The position numbers and the translations under genes are program-made. A stretch of 24,000 nucleotides of DNA from Salsuginibacillus kocurii DSM 18087 (lineage in GTDB: Bacteria; Bacillota; Bacilli; Bacillales; Marinococcaceae). Shown in pieces: positions 1 to 8,757 of the stretch (its first letter is position 1; every line of letters begins with the position of its first letter). Location of the stretch: contig NZ_KB898629.1 in NCBI RefSeq assembly GCF_000377705.1, forward strand, positions 138,189-162,188, in the 5' to 3' direction. The notes under the pieces are model-generated. The model was not told the DNA's origin, made no database searches, and saw nothing but the letters and a program-made list of their open reading frames with translations.

Positions 1-1227
1 AATGGAGAAGATGAGGCAACAGAAGGTACAGATGAGGGCGATGTCGTGGATGTTGAAATATTTCAAGGGAAAGTTGAATTCCGCGATCATTTCATTGAAC
101 TTTCTGAATTGTACGAAGAAGAGAATCCTAATGTAAATATTGAATTTTCAGCTGTTGGCGGCGGAACGGATTACTTTTCGGCATTAAGGTCGCGATTTTC
201 TTCTGGTGATGAGCCTGATGTTTTCAGCTTGGCCGGTCCTTCAGAATTAAATGATTACCAAGATAATGTGCTCGATTTATCAAATCATGCAGCAGTTGAT
301 GAAGCTATTGAGGGGACACTTGAAGGCGCTATAGATGAAGATGGTAACGTCCGAGGAATTCCGTTTCAACAGGAAGGGTACGGCCTCCTATATAACAAAC
401 GAATTTTCAATGAAGCAGGGATCGATGCAGATGAAATTTTGACGTATGAAGATTTGGAAGAAGCGGTTGAAACTTTGGATGATCAAAAGGACGAGCTTGG
501 CATAGACGGTGTATTTGCACTGCCGGGCGCGGAAGCCTGGGTGATGGGAGATCACTTAGCCAATACTTATTTATCACCGGAGTTTAACGGCGATATGATG
601 GAAGCTTATGAGAGTGACACCGTAGACTTTGAGCGTGCGGATGAGATGGAGCGGATGCTGAGGCTGCAAAACGACTATTCAATTGAACCGGTATTAAATA
701 TGGATTATTCGCAGCAGGTGGAAGAATACTTCTCCTTAGAGCGGACAGCGATGATTCAGCAGGGTGATTGGGTTCATCCGACGTTAGAGCAAATGGATCC
801 AGACTTTGCAAATGAACATGTCGGTGTGCTGCCACTACCGGTTGATGGTTATGAAGGTCATATCCCTGTGGATGTGCCGAACTACTGGGCTATTAATGAT
901 GGTGTAGAAGATGAAGTCATTGAAGAGGCAGAAGCTTTCTTTGAATGGATGTATACCGATGAGGAAGGGATCGCCGCAGTGCAGGATAAACTTGATATGA
1001 TTCCGGCTCATGAAGGTTTTGACGTGGAGGAAATTGATGCCCCAATCCAGCAGGAGATTTATGAATATGTGCTCGAGGATAACACACTCGGCTGGATCTT
1101 TACCGGCTATCCACAAGGATTTGGTAACGACTTTGGCGCTTATATGCAGGAATACCTTGCCGGTGAACGCGAGTGGGACGACGTTATTGAAGCTGGACAA
1201 AATGAATGGGAAGAAACCCGTCAGTAG
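1..1227 (+). CDS. ABC transporter extracellular solute-binding protein (carbohydrate type, family 1), 5'-truncated by the window edge
   Basis: Frame 1 is open from nt 1 (NGEDEATEGTDEGDVVDVEIFQGK...), so the GTG at 46 in the ORF track is probably not the true start. The acidic low-complexity N-terminal stretch looks like the linker that follows a lipoprotein signal. The gene is directly followed by MalF/MalG-type permease genes. The protein is extremely acidic. Family is assigned from sequence character and operon context only. Confidence 0.8.
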   Translation, partial: NGEDEATEGTDEGDVVDVEIFQGKVEFRDHFIELSELYEEENPNVNIEFSAVGGGTDYFSALRSRFSSGDEPDVFSLAGPSELNDYQDNVLDLSNHAAVDEAIEGTLEGAIDEDGNVRGIPFQQEGYGLLYNKRIFNEAGIDADEILTYEDLEEAVETLDDQKDELGIDGVFALPGAEAWVMGDHLANTYLSPEFNGDMMEAYESDTVDFERADEMERMLRLQNDYSIEPVLNMDYSQQVEEYFSLERTAMIQQGDWVHPTLEQMDPDFANEHVGVLPLPVDGYEGHIPVDVPNYWAINDGVEDEVIEEAEAFFEWMYTDEEGIAAVQDKLDMIPAHEGFDVEEIDAPIQQEIYEYVLEDNTLGWIFTGYPQGFGNDFGAYMQEYLAGEREWDDVIEAGQNEWEETRQ

Positions 1228-1252
1228 TTGACTGCATCATTAGATCGGAAAG

Positions 1253-1276
1253 ACAGCCGTGCATGCGGCTGTTTTA
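1253..1276 (+). terminator. Intra-operon stem-loop (attenuator-like) between the binding-protein gene and the permease genes
   Basis: ACAGCCG (1253-1259), loop tgcatg, CGGCTGT (1266-1272), then TTTTA. The 7-bp perfect stem sits in the 80-nt gap after the SBP stop codon. This is the classic arrangement that gives excess SBP transcript. Confidence 0.45.
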
Positions 1277-1306
1277 TCCGAAATCCATAGCTTGGAGGCA
1301 CCGTGT

Positions 1307-2167
1307 ATGGGAAACAAAAGTCCGGTATTCTGGTTATTTATTGCACCTGTACTCGTAGCTTTACTACTCGTTGTCGGGATTCCGCTTTTTATGGGATTTT
1401 TCTACACGTTCACAAACTGGAACGGGCTCGGTTTTGACCAATTCGTCGGGTTTGAGCATTACAGCCGGCTGCTTGATGATGAGCGTTTTCTCAGTTCGTT
1501 ATGGTTTACCATTCAGTTTTCTGTTGTTTCTGTTGTTTTATTAAATATTATAGGTCTTGGCTTAGCTTTAATTGTGACGCAGAAGTTAAAATCAAGTAAT
1601 TTTCTGCGAACGATCTTTTTTATGCCAAACTTAATTGGCGGCTTAATCCTCGGCTTTATCTGGCAGTTTATTTTTATTAATGTGTTTGGTCAGATCGGTC
1701 AGCTTATGAATATTGAAGGACTTCAAGGCTGGCTGTCCACGCCTGCTACTGGTTTTTGGGGGCTTGTCATTTTAACTGTTTGGCAACTTGCAGGCTATAT
1801 TATGATTATTTACATTGCTTATTTGCAAAACGTATCGGGTGAGCTGATCGAAGCCTCACAAATTGACGGTGCCGGTCCGGTGCAACGGTTTAAAAATGTC
1901 ACTTTTCCTTTAATCGCACCCGCATTTACTGTCAGCATGTTTTTAACGCTTTCTGTGTCATTTAAAATTTACGATCAAAACTTATCTTTAACTGATGGTG
2001 GACCATTTAACTCAACGGAAATGGTGGCGATGAACATTGTTTATACTGCCTTTGACAGTAACGAAATGGCTTATGGCCAGGCAAAAGCCGTTGTATTTTT
2101 AATCTTTGTATCAATTATTGCGATCTCTCAAGTTTATTACAACAAGAAGAGAGAGGTTGAGATGTGA
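1307..2167 (+). CDS. Carbohydrate ABC transporter permease (MalF/UgpA-type, BPD_transp_1)
   Basis: Polytopic hydrophobic protein. It has an EAA-loop-like segment (IEASQIDGAGPVQRFKNVTFPLIAP). GGAGG at 1294-1298 lies 8 nt before the ATG at 1307. The ORF-track start at 1259 lies inside the upstream hairpin and is unlikely. Confidence 0.9.
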   Translation: MGNKSPVFWLFIAPVLVALLLVVGIPLFMGFFYTFTNWNGLGFDQFVGFEHYSRLLDDERFLSSLWFTIQFSVVSVVLLNIIGLGLALIVTQKLKSSNFLRTIFFMPNLIGGLILGFIWQFIFINVFGQIGQLMNIEGLQGWLSTPATGFWGLVILTVWQLAGYIMIIYIAYLQNVSGELIEASQIDGAGPVQRFKNVTFPLIAPAFTVSMFLTLSVSFKIYDQNLSLTDGGPFNSTEMVAMNIVYTAFDSNEMAYGQAKAVVFLIFVSIIAISQVYYNKKREVEM

Positions 2168-2985
2168 TGAAACAGCGTAAAAACAACACCAATTGGGTCG
2201 AAATTTTAGGCATTTTTCTCGCGTTAACTTGGCTCGCTCCTTTTTATTTAATGGTTGTAAACTCTTTTAAAACAAACCGTGACATTTTTGAAGATGTGCT
2301 CGGACTTCCACCGGATGCTGTGTTTGCAAACTATGCCCAGGCGTTTCAAGACCTTGATTTTGTAAATGCGTTATGGAATTCAACCTTTATTACAGTAACA
2401 AGTATCGCATTCATCATTGCGTTTTCCTCAATGGCGGGTTACGCGCTGGCACGAAATAAAAGTAAGTTAAGCGGTACCCTTCTATTAATCTTTGTATCTG
2501 CGATGCTCATTCCCTTTCAAGCCGTGATGATTACACTCACATCATTTTTCAGCAGTTTTAATATGTTGAATCAGTATGGCTTAATCTTTATGTATCTCGG
2601 CTTTGGCTGCAGTCTTGCGATTTTTCTTTATCACGGGGCGATGACCGGCATTTCATTAACACTGGATGAAGCAGCTACAATCGACGGAGCGAACCGTTTT
2701 CAAACGTTTTGGTATATCATCTTTCCGCTTCTTAAGCCAATTTCAGTAACCGTTGCGATTTTAAATGTCATCTGGATTTGGAATGATTACTTGCTGCCTT
2801 CATTAGTTTTAAGCTCTGAGGAAGCGACCATCCCGATTAATATGTATTACTTTTTCGGAGAATACACGCGGCAGTGGGACCTCGCCTTAGCAGGCTTAAC
2901 GTTAGCGATCATTCCGATCATTATCTTTTACTTTTTTGCCCAAAAACAAATCATCTCCGGGGTGACCGATGGCGCTGTCAAATAA
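2164..2985 (+). CDS. Carbohydrate ABC transporter permease (MalG/UgpE-type)
   Basis: Its start has a 4-nt overlap (GTGA) with the upstream permease stop. EAA loop: LDEAATIDGANRFQTFWYIIFPLLKP. Six predicted TM segments. Confidence 0.9.
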   Translation: MMKQRKNNTNWVEILGIFLALTWLAPFYLMVVNSFKTNRDIFEDVLGLPPDAVFANYAQAFQDLDFVNALWNSTFITVTSIAFIIAFSSMAGYALARNKSKLSGTLLLIFVSAMLIPFQAVMITLTSFFSSFNMLNQYGLIFMYLGFGCSLAIFLYHGAMTGISLTLDEAATIDGANRFQTFWYIIFPLLKPISVTVAILNVIWIWNDYLLPSLVLSSEEATIPINMYYFFGEYTRQWDLALAGLTLAIIPIIIFYFFAQKQIISGVTDGAVK

Positions 2986-3005
2986 ACGGTTGAAGCAGGA
3001 GGAAG

Positions 3006-3698
3006 GTGATGACAATGATTTCAGCAGCGGGATTTTACAAGACGTGTGAATGGGTGACGAAGTTTTCGCTCGTGAATGTATACTGGCTTGCCACTATCAG
3101 TCCGCTTTTATTTCTCGGCGGGGTTACTGCACTTACCGGTGGAGGTGCACTATGGCTGGCTGCCCTTGCCGCAGCGTCCATGCTCGCGCCATTCCTTTTC
3201 TTTCCGGCGACAGCAGCACTGTTTGCTTCCGTACGTACATTTATTGTCGATGAAGATAAAGGCGATTCTCTTAAGCAGTTTATTCGCTACTTTAAAGAGA
3301 ATTACCGGCAGGCATGGCAGGCCGGTCTCTTGTTAACGACGCTGTGGGTGATCTGGGGGATTGATTATTTTTACTTTTTTATCACGGATCACTTTCTACT
3401 CGTTACCTTTTTATTGTTCGGTATTCCTTTATACTTATTTACGATTTATGTATTTATGGTCATGTCTCATTTCCGCATTACATTACGTGACATTTATAAG
3501 CGGGCTTTTTACTTCACCTTTGGCGCCCCATTAACGAGCTTTTTTATTTTATCGTTAACATTCATGCTCATCTTTATCGGTTTGAGCGGATGGACGTTTT
3601 TACTCATCTTTTTTGGCGGTTCATTAATTGCATTTGTCTCGTTCTCGACATTTTACAAAAAGGTACTAAACCTACAAAGTAAGCAGGCATCAACTTAA
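3006..3698 (+). CDS. DUF624/YesL-like integral membrane protein of sugar-utilisation operons
   Basis: About 225-aa polytopic protein. Its N-terminus (F..C.W..K....N..WL) is typical of the YesL/YteU family that accompanies Bacillus carbohydrate ABC operons. The start is ambiguous (GTG 3006, ATG 3009 or ATG 3015) after AGGAGGAAGG. Confidence 0.65.
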   Translation: MMTMISAAGFYKTCEWVTKFSLVNVYWLATISPLLFLGGVTALTGGGALWLAALAAASMLAPFLFFPATAALFASVRTFIVDEDKGDSLKQFIRYFKENYRQAWQAGLLLTTLWVIWGIDYFYFFITDHFLLVTFLLFGIPLYLFTIYVFMVMSHFRITLRDIYKRAFYFTFGAPLTSFFILSLTFMLIFIGLSGWTFLLIFFGGSLIAFVSFSTFYKKVLNLQSKQAST

Positions 3699-3712
3699 AT
3701 GGAGGTAAAGAT

Positions 3713-5383
3713 ATGACTACAAAATGGTGGCAGAATTCAGTCGTTTATCAAATTTATCCGCGAAGTTTTAACGATTCCAACCAGGACGGGGTCGGTGACA
3801 TCCCCGGTATTATCCAAAAGCTGGACTACCTGTCCGATCTAGGCATTGATGTCATCTGGCTCAGCCCGGTGTATGCCTCACCGATGAAAGATAACGGTTA
3901 CGATATTTCCGACTATGAAAATATTGCGGAAGTGTTCGGTACGATGGAAGACATGGATCAGTTAATCGCGGAAGGGAAGAAGCGGGGAATTTCGATCATC
4001 ATGGATTTAGTCATCAATCATTCATCGGATCAGCACCCGTGGTTTCAAGAATCGCGACGCAGTAAAGACAACCCCAAACGGGATTTCTACATTTGGCAGG
4101 ATCCACGGGAAGACGGTGGTCCGCCGAACAATCTTCGGGCGGTGTTTGGCGGTTCCTGCTGGGAATATGACGAGCGTACCGGGCAGTATTATTTTCACTC
4201 TTTTGCAAAAGAACAGCCGGACCTCAACTGGGAAAATCCAGAGCTGCGCGAGCATTTGTACAAGATGGTACGATGGTGGCTTGATAAAGGGATTGGCGGC
4301 TTCAGGATTGATGCGATCACCTTTATTAAAAAGCAGCCATTTTACGATGATTTCACACCGGATGGACCGGATGGCCTGCAGGAAGTGGCGCCGAATCAGC
4401 CTGGAGTCGGCGAATTTCTGCAGGAATTAAAGCGGGAGACATTTGATCACTATGACATTTTTACGGTAGCAGAAGCTCCTGGGGTAGAGCCGGAGGAGAT
4501 CCCGGACTTTGTCGGTGAAGACGGCCACTTTGATATGCTGATTCGTTTTGATCACGTTGACATTGACATCGGACCGCATGGACGTTGGTTCCCGACTAAA
4601 GACTGGAAGTTGCAGGATTTCAAACAGGCGATCACAAACGCGCAAAAAGCAACGGAAAGTGACGGTTGGATGGCAAATTATTTGGAAAATCATGATCAGC
4701 CACGGGCGATCAGCCGGTTTATTCCGCAAGAAGATCAGAGTGAATTTACAGGTAAGATGCTTGCGACTACGTACTTCTTCCTAAAAGGAACGCCGTATAT
4801 TTATCAAGGACAGGAGATTGGTATGCTAAACACTGATTTTCAAAGCATCGATGAACTAGATGATATTTCGTCAATTGATCAGTATGAAGCTGCGCTGCGG
4901 CACGGTCATACGAAAGAAGATGCGTTCCGCTGGATAAGCCACCGGAGCCGGGATAATGCCCGGACACCGATGCACTGGAATGCCACTTACGCGTCTGGGT
5001 TTAGTGAAGCAGCACCTTGGCTAAAAGTAAGCCGTGATTACGAGGAAATTAACGTGGCAGAAGCTGAAAGCCGACCCGACTCGCTTTTTCAATATTATAA
5101 ATACTTGATCTATCTCCGACACAACAGCTCTTACAGCAGCGTGCTCATTTCTGGAGATTATGAAGAGCAGTTTGCGAATCATAAGCAAGTGTTTGTGTAC
5201 ACACGTACATTGGAAAACGAGCGCGTGATCATACTTGCCAATTTTACGAACGAAGAAGCAGAGCTTACTTTCGACACGCACCTTGGCACCTGGATTTTCG
5301 GCAACTTGGATAGCACGTGTGTAAACGGTAAAGAAGTAAAACTTCGTCCCTACGAAACCGCCGTCGTAGAATGGCCAAAATAA
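3713..5383 (+). CDS. malL: GH13 oligo-1,6-glucosidase / alpha-glucosidase
   Basis: The N-terminus WWQNSVVYQIYPRSFNDSNQDGVGDIPGIIQKLDYLSDLGIDVIWLSPVY is near-canonical. GH13 regions are present: DLVINHSSDQH, GFRIDAITFI, EAPG and ENHDQPR. Length is 556 aa. The symbol is given by analogy to B. subtilis MalL. Substrate is not determinable from sequence. Confidence 0.9.
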   Translation: MTTKWWQNSVVYQIYPRSFNDSNQDGVGDIPGIIQKLDYLSDLGIDVIWLSPVYASPMKDNGYDISDYENIAEVFGTMEDMDQLIAEGKKRGISIIMDLVINHSSDQHPWFQESRRSKDNPKRDFYIWQDPREDGGPPNNLRAVFGGSCWEYDERTGQYYFHSFAKEQPDLNWENPELREHLYKMVRWWLDKGIGGFRIDAITFIKKQPFYDDFTPDGPDGLQEVAPNQPGVGEFLQELKRETFDHYDIFTVAEAPGVEPEEIPDFVGEDGHFDMLIRFDHVDIDIGPHGRWFPTKDWKLQDFKQAITNAQKATESDGWMANYLENHDQPRAISRFIPQEDQSEFTGKMLATTYFFLKGTPYIYQGQEIGMLNTDFQSIDELDDISSIDQYEAALRHGHTKEDAFRWISHRSRDNARTPMHWNATYASGFSEAAPWLKVSRDYEEINVAEAESRPDSLFQYYKYLIYLRHNSSYSSVLISGDYEEQFANHKQVFVYTRTLENERVIILANFTNEEAELTFDTHLGTWIFGNLDSTCVNGKEVKLRPYETAVVEWPK

Positions 5384-5425
5384 AAAAATAAATGAGCGAT
5401 AGTCCGTGCAGTGCGCGGATAGTAG

Positions 5426-5457
5426 CCCCTTACTCAGCAGTTGCTTGTAGTAGGGGG
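5426..5457 (+). terminator. Putative intrinsic terminator of the sugar operon
   Basis: CCCCTTACT ... AGTAGGGGG is an imperfect stem (one bulge). It lies about 40 nt after the malL-like stop. The T-tract is weak (ATCTTTAATT). Confidence 0.5.
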
Positions 5458-5540
5458 ATCTTTAATTCTGCGATGAAAACATTTTCATTGAGATCCTTAA
5501 ACCACTGAAACGATGCCTTACTAGCATATTTATTTGAATA

Positions 5541-5576
5541 AAGCAGCCAGCGGCTCGAGGTCAAAAGTCGTGCCCC
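5541..5576 (+). repeat. Solo fragment of the GC-rich repeat family (type B unit) that forms the array at 10445-11047
   Basis: The 19 nt GGCTCGAGGTCAAAAGTCG (5552-5570) are identical to 10594-10612, in the same orientation. The flanks are partially similar (aagcAGCcAGc / aagcGGCaGGg; Tgcccc / Cgccct). Confidence 0.6.
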
Positions 5577-6057
5577 GGAGAAATGTTATTAACTCGCCAA
5601 GAAGAGCAGAAAAATAAGCAATCCCCTCTCCTAGAAGATCAACAGTGGGAAGAGTTAAGTTGGATCGTACATGAAGCATTGGAATGGATAACACCTTTAT
5701 TGATCCCCTTATCAAAAAAAATGTTATTTTTATCCAGTGTGACCCCTCAATCTTCGAATCGTTTCCGTTTTAGAATATATGATCAATATTAAACGGAGTT
5801 TATCAGGGATTGGCGCGGAGAAACCACTGATCGAGTAAAAGTATAGTATAGCATAGAATTATTTATTAAAGGACGGCAGTTACACACTGCTTCCGTGGTC
5901 ATCGTTATTCCTCCTGTTATGTTGGGTGTTTGGTTACTTTCATCATAACGGAATAACGATGGCTTTAGCTATACCTTTAGCTGTTGCATTTAATTTTATA
6001 ATCAAACGTCGGAAATATTTTTAATTTATGGTAATTTTTACTTTCCGTTAAAGATTT

Positions 6058-6063
6058 ATAATG
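6058..6063 (+). promoter_or_regulatory. Candidate -10 box (TATAAT) upstream of the bacteriocin gene
   Basis: A perfect TATAAT lies 57 nt upstream of the ATG at 6120. No convincing -35 is found at 16-18 nt spacing. The RBS GAGGAGAGG is at 6109-6117. Confidence 0.3.
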
Positions 6064-6119
6064 TTAGCATAACTATCATGGTTTTTTAAACCTGAAGAAC
6101 TATCTGTGAGGAGAGGCTT

Positions 6120-6515
6120 ATGAAAAAATTATTTCTATCTATTCCTGTTGCAGCTTTGTTCGCAATACCCGCACATGATACTTTAGCAGAAGATGATATC
6201 ACAGAAGGGGAAGGTATCAATTTAGACGAGTTGATGGAAGAAAACGAATCTGGTGAAATCGGTCCTGGATATAATGAAGAAGTTAGTGTTAATAGTAACC
6301 CAGGAAATGGCCCTGATGGTGGAGGATATCATAGTGTAAACTGGCACGGAGATACTCATACATCAGTTTATGACCATTACGAATTAACCCATAGAGCAAG
6401 TGCTGGCAATTCAAGATCAAATGTACGAAGTGCATGGGAAAGACAAGGAACAACAGCAAGGGCCACGATAATATCAACTCTAACAGGAAACACAGCAAAT
6501 TGGGCTACTAGGTAA
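6120..6515 (+). CDS. Lactococcin 972-family bacteriocin precursor (Sec signal, acidic pro-region, conserved C-terminal core)
   Basis: Signal peptide is MKKLFLSIPVAALFAIPAHDTLA|ED. The C-terminal 65 aa are GGGYHSVNWHGDTHTSVYDHYELTHRASAGNSRSNVRSAWERQGTTARATIISTLTGNTANWATR. By eye they align to mature Lcn972 (EGTWQHGYGVSSAYSNYHHGSKTHSATVVNNNTGRQGKDTQRAGVWAKATVGRNL...). The shared pattern is W.(H)G, S.Y.H, TH.A and G..A[KR]AT[VI]. The gene is followed by the family's hallmark DUF1430 membrane protein and dedicated ABC ATPase. Confidence 0.7.
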   Translation: MKKLFLSIPVAALFAIPAHDTLAEDDITEGEGINLDELMEENESGEIGPGYNEEVSVNSNPGNGPDGGGYHSVNWHGDTHTSVYDHYELTHRASAGNSRSNVRSAWERQGTTARATIISTLTGNTANWATR

Positions 6516-6525
6516 TTCCTAAACG

Positions 6526-6563
6526 AAAAGATAATAGGCCAAAATATGCCTATTATCTTTTTC
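6526..6563 (+). terminator. Intrinsic terminator/attenuator between the bacteriocin gene and the immunity/transport genes
   Basis: AAAAGATAATAGGC (6526-6539), loop caaaatat, GCCTATTATCTTTT (6548-6561), continuing into a T-run. The stem is 12-14 bp and perfect. Confidence 0.75.
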
Positions 6564-6591
6564 ATCCGAAGGAGACTAAAGGAGACTAAAT

Positions 6592-8757
6592 GTGAACAAA
6601 ATCATATATTGTTTATTAGGGACAGTTTTCATATTAATAAACATATTTGGTTTTAATTTATTTAATGAGAAACTATCCTACAATATTTTATACAACGATT
6701 CGGATATTCTGACAGTAGATTTTAATGGTAATGAAAATTTAAATATCGAAGATATTCAAAGATTTTCAGAGAAAGAAGAAGTTAACATATCTCAATATAA
6801 TTTCTTTACTGAGGACAGAGTGAATATATATTCAACTAACTTAAATATTGATCCAAACCTTCATATCCATGAAGGTTCGCTCCCTCACGATAGTGAATAT
6901 ATATCTAATATCAATAATTACTCGACTGAGCAATCTGGTGTTATCACATTTCCCTTAACAAACATGGAAGTGCGTTATTATAACTACCAAGATATAGTGA
7001 ATGTTGGAGTAGATAACAGATTCTATATCAATGGAGATACCTCTCCAGAAAGCTTAGAACGTGTAAAGGAGTTCTTTTCTCAATATGGAGAGGTTTCATT
7101 TGTAAACGATCAAGTAAGTCTTCTACAATTGTTGAATTTCCCTTTATTACTAATTTCATTTTTATCATTAGTTCTTTATGTTATTGGGCTATTTTTCTTT
7201 TTAATACAAAATAGAAAAATGTACATTCTTCTTAACTTATGGGGTAGTTCTAATGTCAGAATTATCCTTGTGACAATTAAGCTTCTTATAAAACCCATTT
7301 GTATTATTTTTAGTGCTTTATTTGCAACGTTGCTGATTATAATTTTATATTTAAATCAAACTGAATACTTATTAAGCTATCTATCTACTTTTCTAGCATT
7401 TAATATGTTTATAATTACTGCAATTATTACATTGACAGTGATGGTTTCTGCTTCTCTCATTTCGATGATTAATATGAATACCATAAAGGGAGACTTCCCT
7501 TTTCGAAAAGTACACTGGGTTGCTGTAGCAACTAAAGTTACAACATCATTAATCTTCTTTACTATGATTGGCTTTTCAATAAACAGTTTCTTAGATTTAA
7601 ATGAGAAATTGGATAGTTTTGATTACTGGAATGAGGCACAAGATATTTATAGATTGCAGTTAACTGCAGGAATAGAATATTTAGAGGAAAATTTGGAACA
7701 AGATAGAGATTTTAATAATAGAATGGACCGTCTCTACAAACAGTTAGAGTCCGAACATAATGCTTTTCTAATGGGTTCAGAGAACTTTTATCCACTAGAT
7801 AATGACACCGAATCTGAACCTGAATACATTTACACCCTTAATGCTGGAGAGGAAGAATTTTACTTATCATCTGGGAGAAGAGTAACTATAAATGAGAATT
7901 ATTTAAACTATAATCCTATAGAGGACGTAAATGGTGATAGTGTAGTCTCTCAATTAACTTCAGATTCAAATACTTTGGATATTTTAGTTCCAGAACAATT
8001 TTCAAATCTAGAAAATGAGATTTTAGATGAGTATTTGGATTACTTCTACTTCCAAAAAGTTGAAGTTGATGACATTTATAATGAGGAATTAAATGAACCC
8101 TTAAATGACACATCTGTGCAAGACCTTTCTATTAATATTATATATACAGAAGAAGGTCAAGATTATTTCACTTATAAAAGCAACACAGGTGATAATCAAA
8201 ATAACATTACAGATCCAATTGCTATTGTATATGACAATAACTTTGATAATTCTTATATAAGTGCATTATCAAGCACATCCTTATATTTCGAGGATTATTC
8301 GTCTGGAAACGCATTCAACAACATAGAACCTTATCTAATGGACATTGGCGTTCCAGAGGTCGGCTCAGTTACTTCTGTTTTCAACGAAGCCAGTGATGAA
8401 ATTGTAGAGCATTCAAGGCTATTACTACAACAATTAATAGGTTTGATTGTTATTTTTACCTTTATCATCATATTTTTAAGTCTATATATATGGACGTATG
8501 TCGCGATAAATATGAAAAAGCTCAATCTAAAGTATATCTTAGGTTATTCGTTTTTTAATCGTAATAAACACTTGTTATTAATTAGCTTTTTAACAACTAT
8601 TATTATAGGATTATTGTCTTCCCTGATTCACGATATTCTTTTAATCATACCCATTGCATTTCTCTTCTTTGCTATTGAATTTTTGATAATTTATGGGCTA
8701 AGTACTAATTTTGTAAAAAAGAATATAAATAAGGTCTTAAAAGGGGATTATTTATGA
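6592..8757 (+). CDS. Bacteriocin-associated integral membrane protein (DUF1430 / bact_immun_7tm-like, MacB/FtsX-type architecture)
   Basis: 721 aa. Layout is an N-terminal TM, an ecto-domain of about 160 aa, a cluster of TMs (residues about 180-330), an acidic/Asn-rich ecto-domain of about 280 aa, then three C-terminal TMs ending ...NKVLKGDYL. The GTG start lies 5 nt after a duplicated AGGAGACTAA. The gene is very AT-rich. Position and size match the putative immunity/permease gene of Lcn972-type loci. Confidence 0.75.
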   Translation: MNKIIYCLLGTVFILINIFGFNLFNEKLSYNILYNDSDILTVDFNGNENLNIEDIQRFSEKEEVNISQYNFFTEDRVNIYSTNLNIDPNLHIHEGSLPHDSEYISNINNYSTEQSGVITFPLTNMEVRYYNYQDIVNVGVDNRFYINGDTSPESLERVKEFFSQYGEVSFVNDQVSLLQLLNFPLLLISFLSLVLYVIGLFFFLIQNRKMYILLNLWGSSNVRIILVTIKLLIKPICIIFSALFATLLIIILYLNQTEYLLSYLSTFLAFNMFIITAIITLTVMVSASLISMINMNTIKGDFPFRKVHWVAVATKVTTSLIFFTMIGFSINSFLDLNEKLDSFDYWNEAQDIYRLQLTAGIEYLEENLEQDRDFNNRMDRLYKQLESEHNAFLMGSENFYPLDNDTESEPEYIYTLNAGEEEFYLSSGRRVTINENYLNYNPIEDVNGDSVVSQLTSDSNTLDILVPEQFSNLENEILDEYLDYFYFQKVEVDDIYNEELNEPLNDTSVQDLSINIIYTEEGQDYFTYKSNTGDNQNNITDPIAIVYDNNFDNSYISALSSTSLYFEDYSSGNAFNNIEPYLMDIGVPEVGSVTSVFNEASDEIVEHSRLLLQQLIGLIVIFTFIIIFLSLYIWTYVAINMKKLNLKYILGYSFFNRNKHLLLISFLTTIIIGLLSSLIHDILLIIPIAFLFFAIEFLIIYGLSTNFVKKNINKVLKGDYL

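Noticed and set aside
584-5281. Numerous 60-120-aa ORFs nested in or antisense to the SBP, DUF624 and GH13 genes (for example 584-835, 835-1200, 1010-1231, 3050-3336, 4014-5281)
   Set aside because: All are contained within longer ORFs that carry clear family motifs. None has an independent RBS or recognisable domain.
5473-5488. cre/LacI-operator-like palindrome ATGAAAACATTTTCAT just after the sugar-operon terminator
   Set aside because: It has 7-bp perfect arms but lacks the central CG of the CcpA cre consensus. It lies downstream of the operon with no adjacent gene to regulate. It may be a relic operator of a gene displaced by the island, but no function can be supported.
5530-5792. Overlapping 61-aa (-) and 69-aa (+) ORFs in the gap between the sugar operon and the island
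   Set aside because: They overlap each other on opposite strands. The minus-strand ORF runs through the solo repeat fragment (its ...TTFDLEPLAA is the repeat translated). Neither has an RBS or recognisable family. They are possibly decayed sequence, so no call is supportable.
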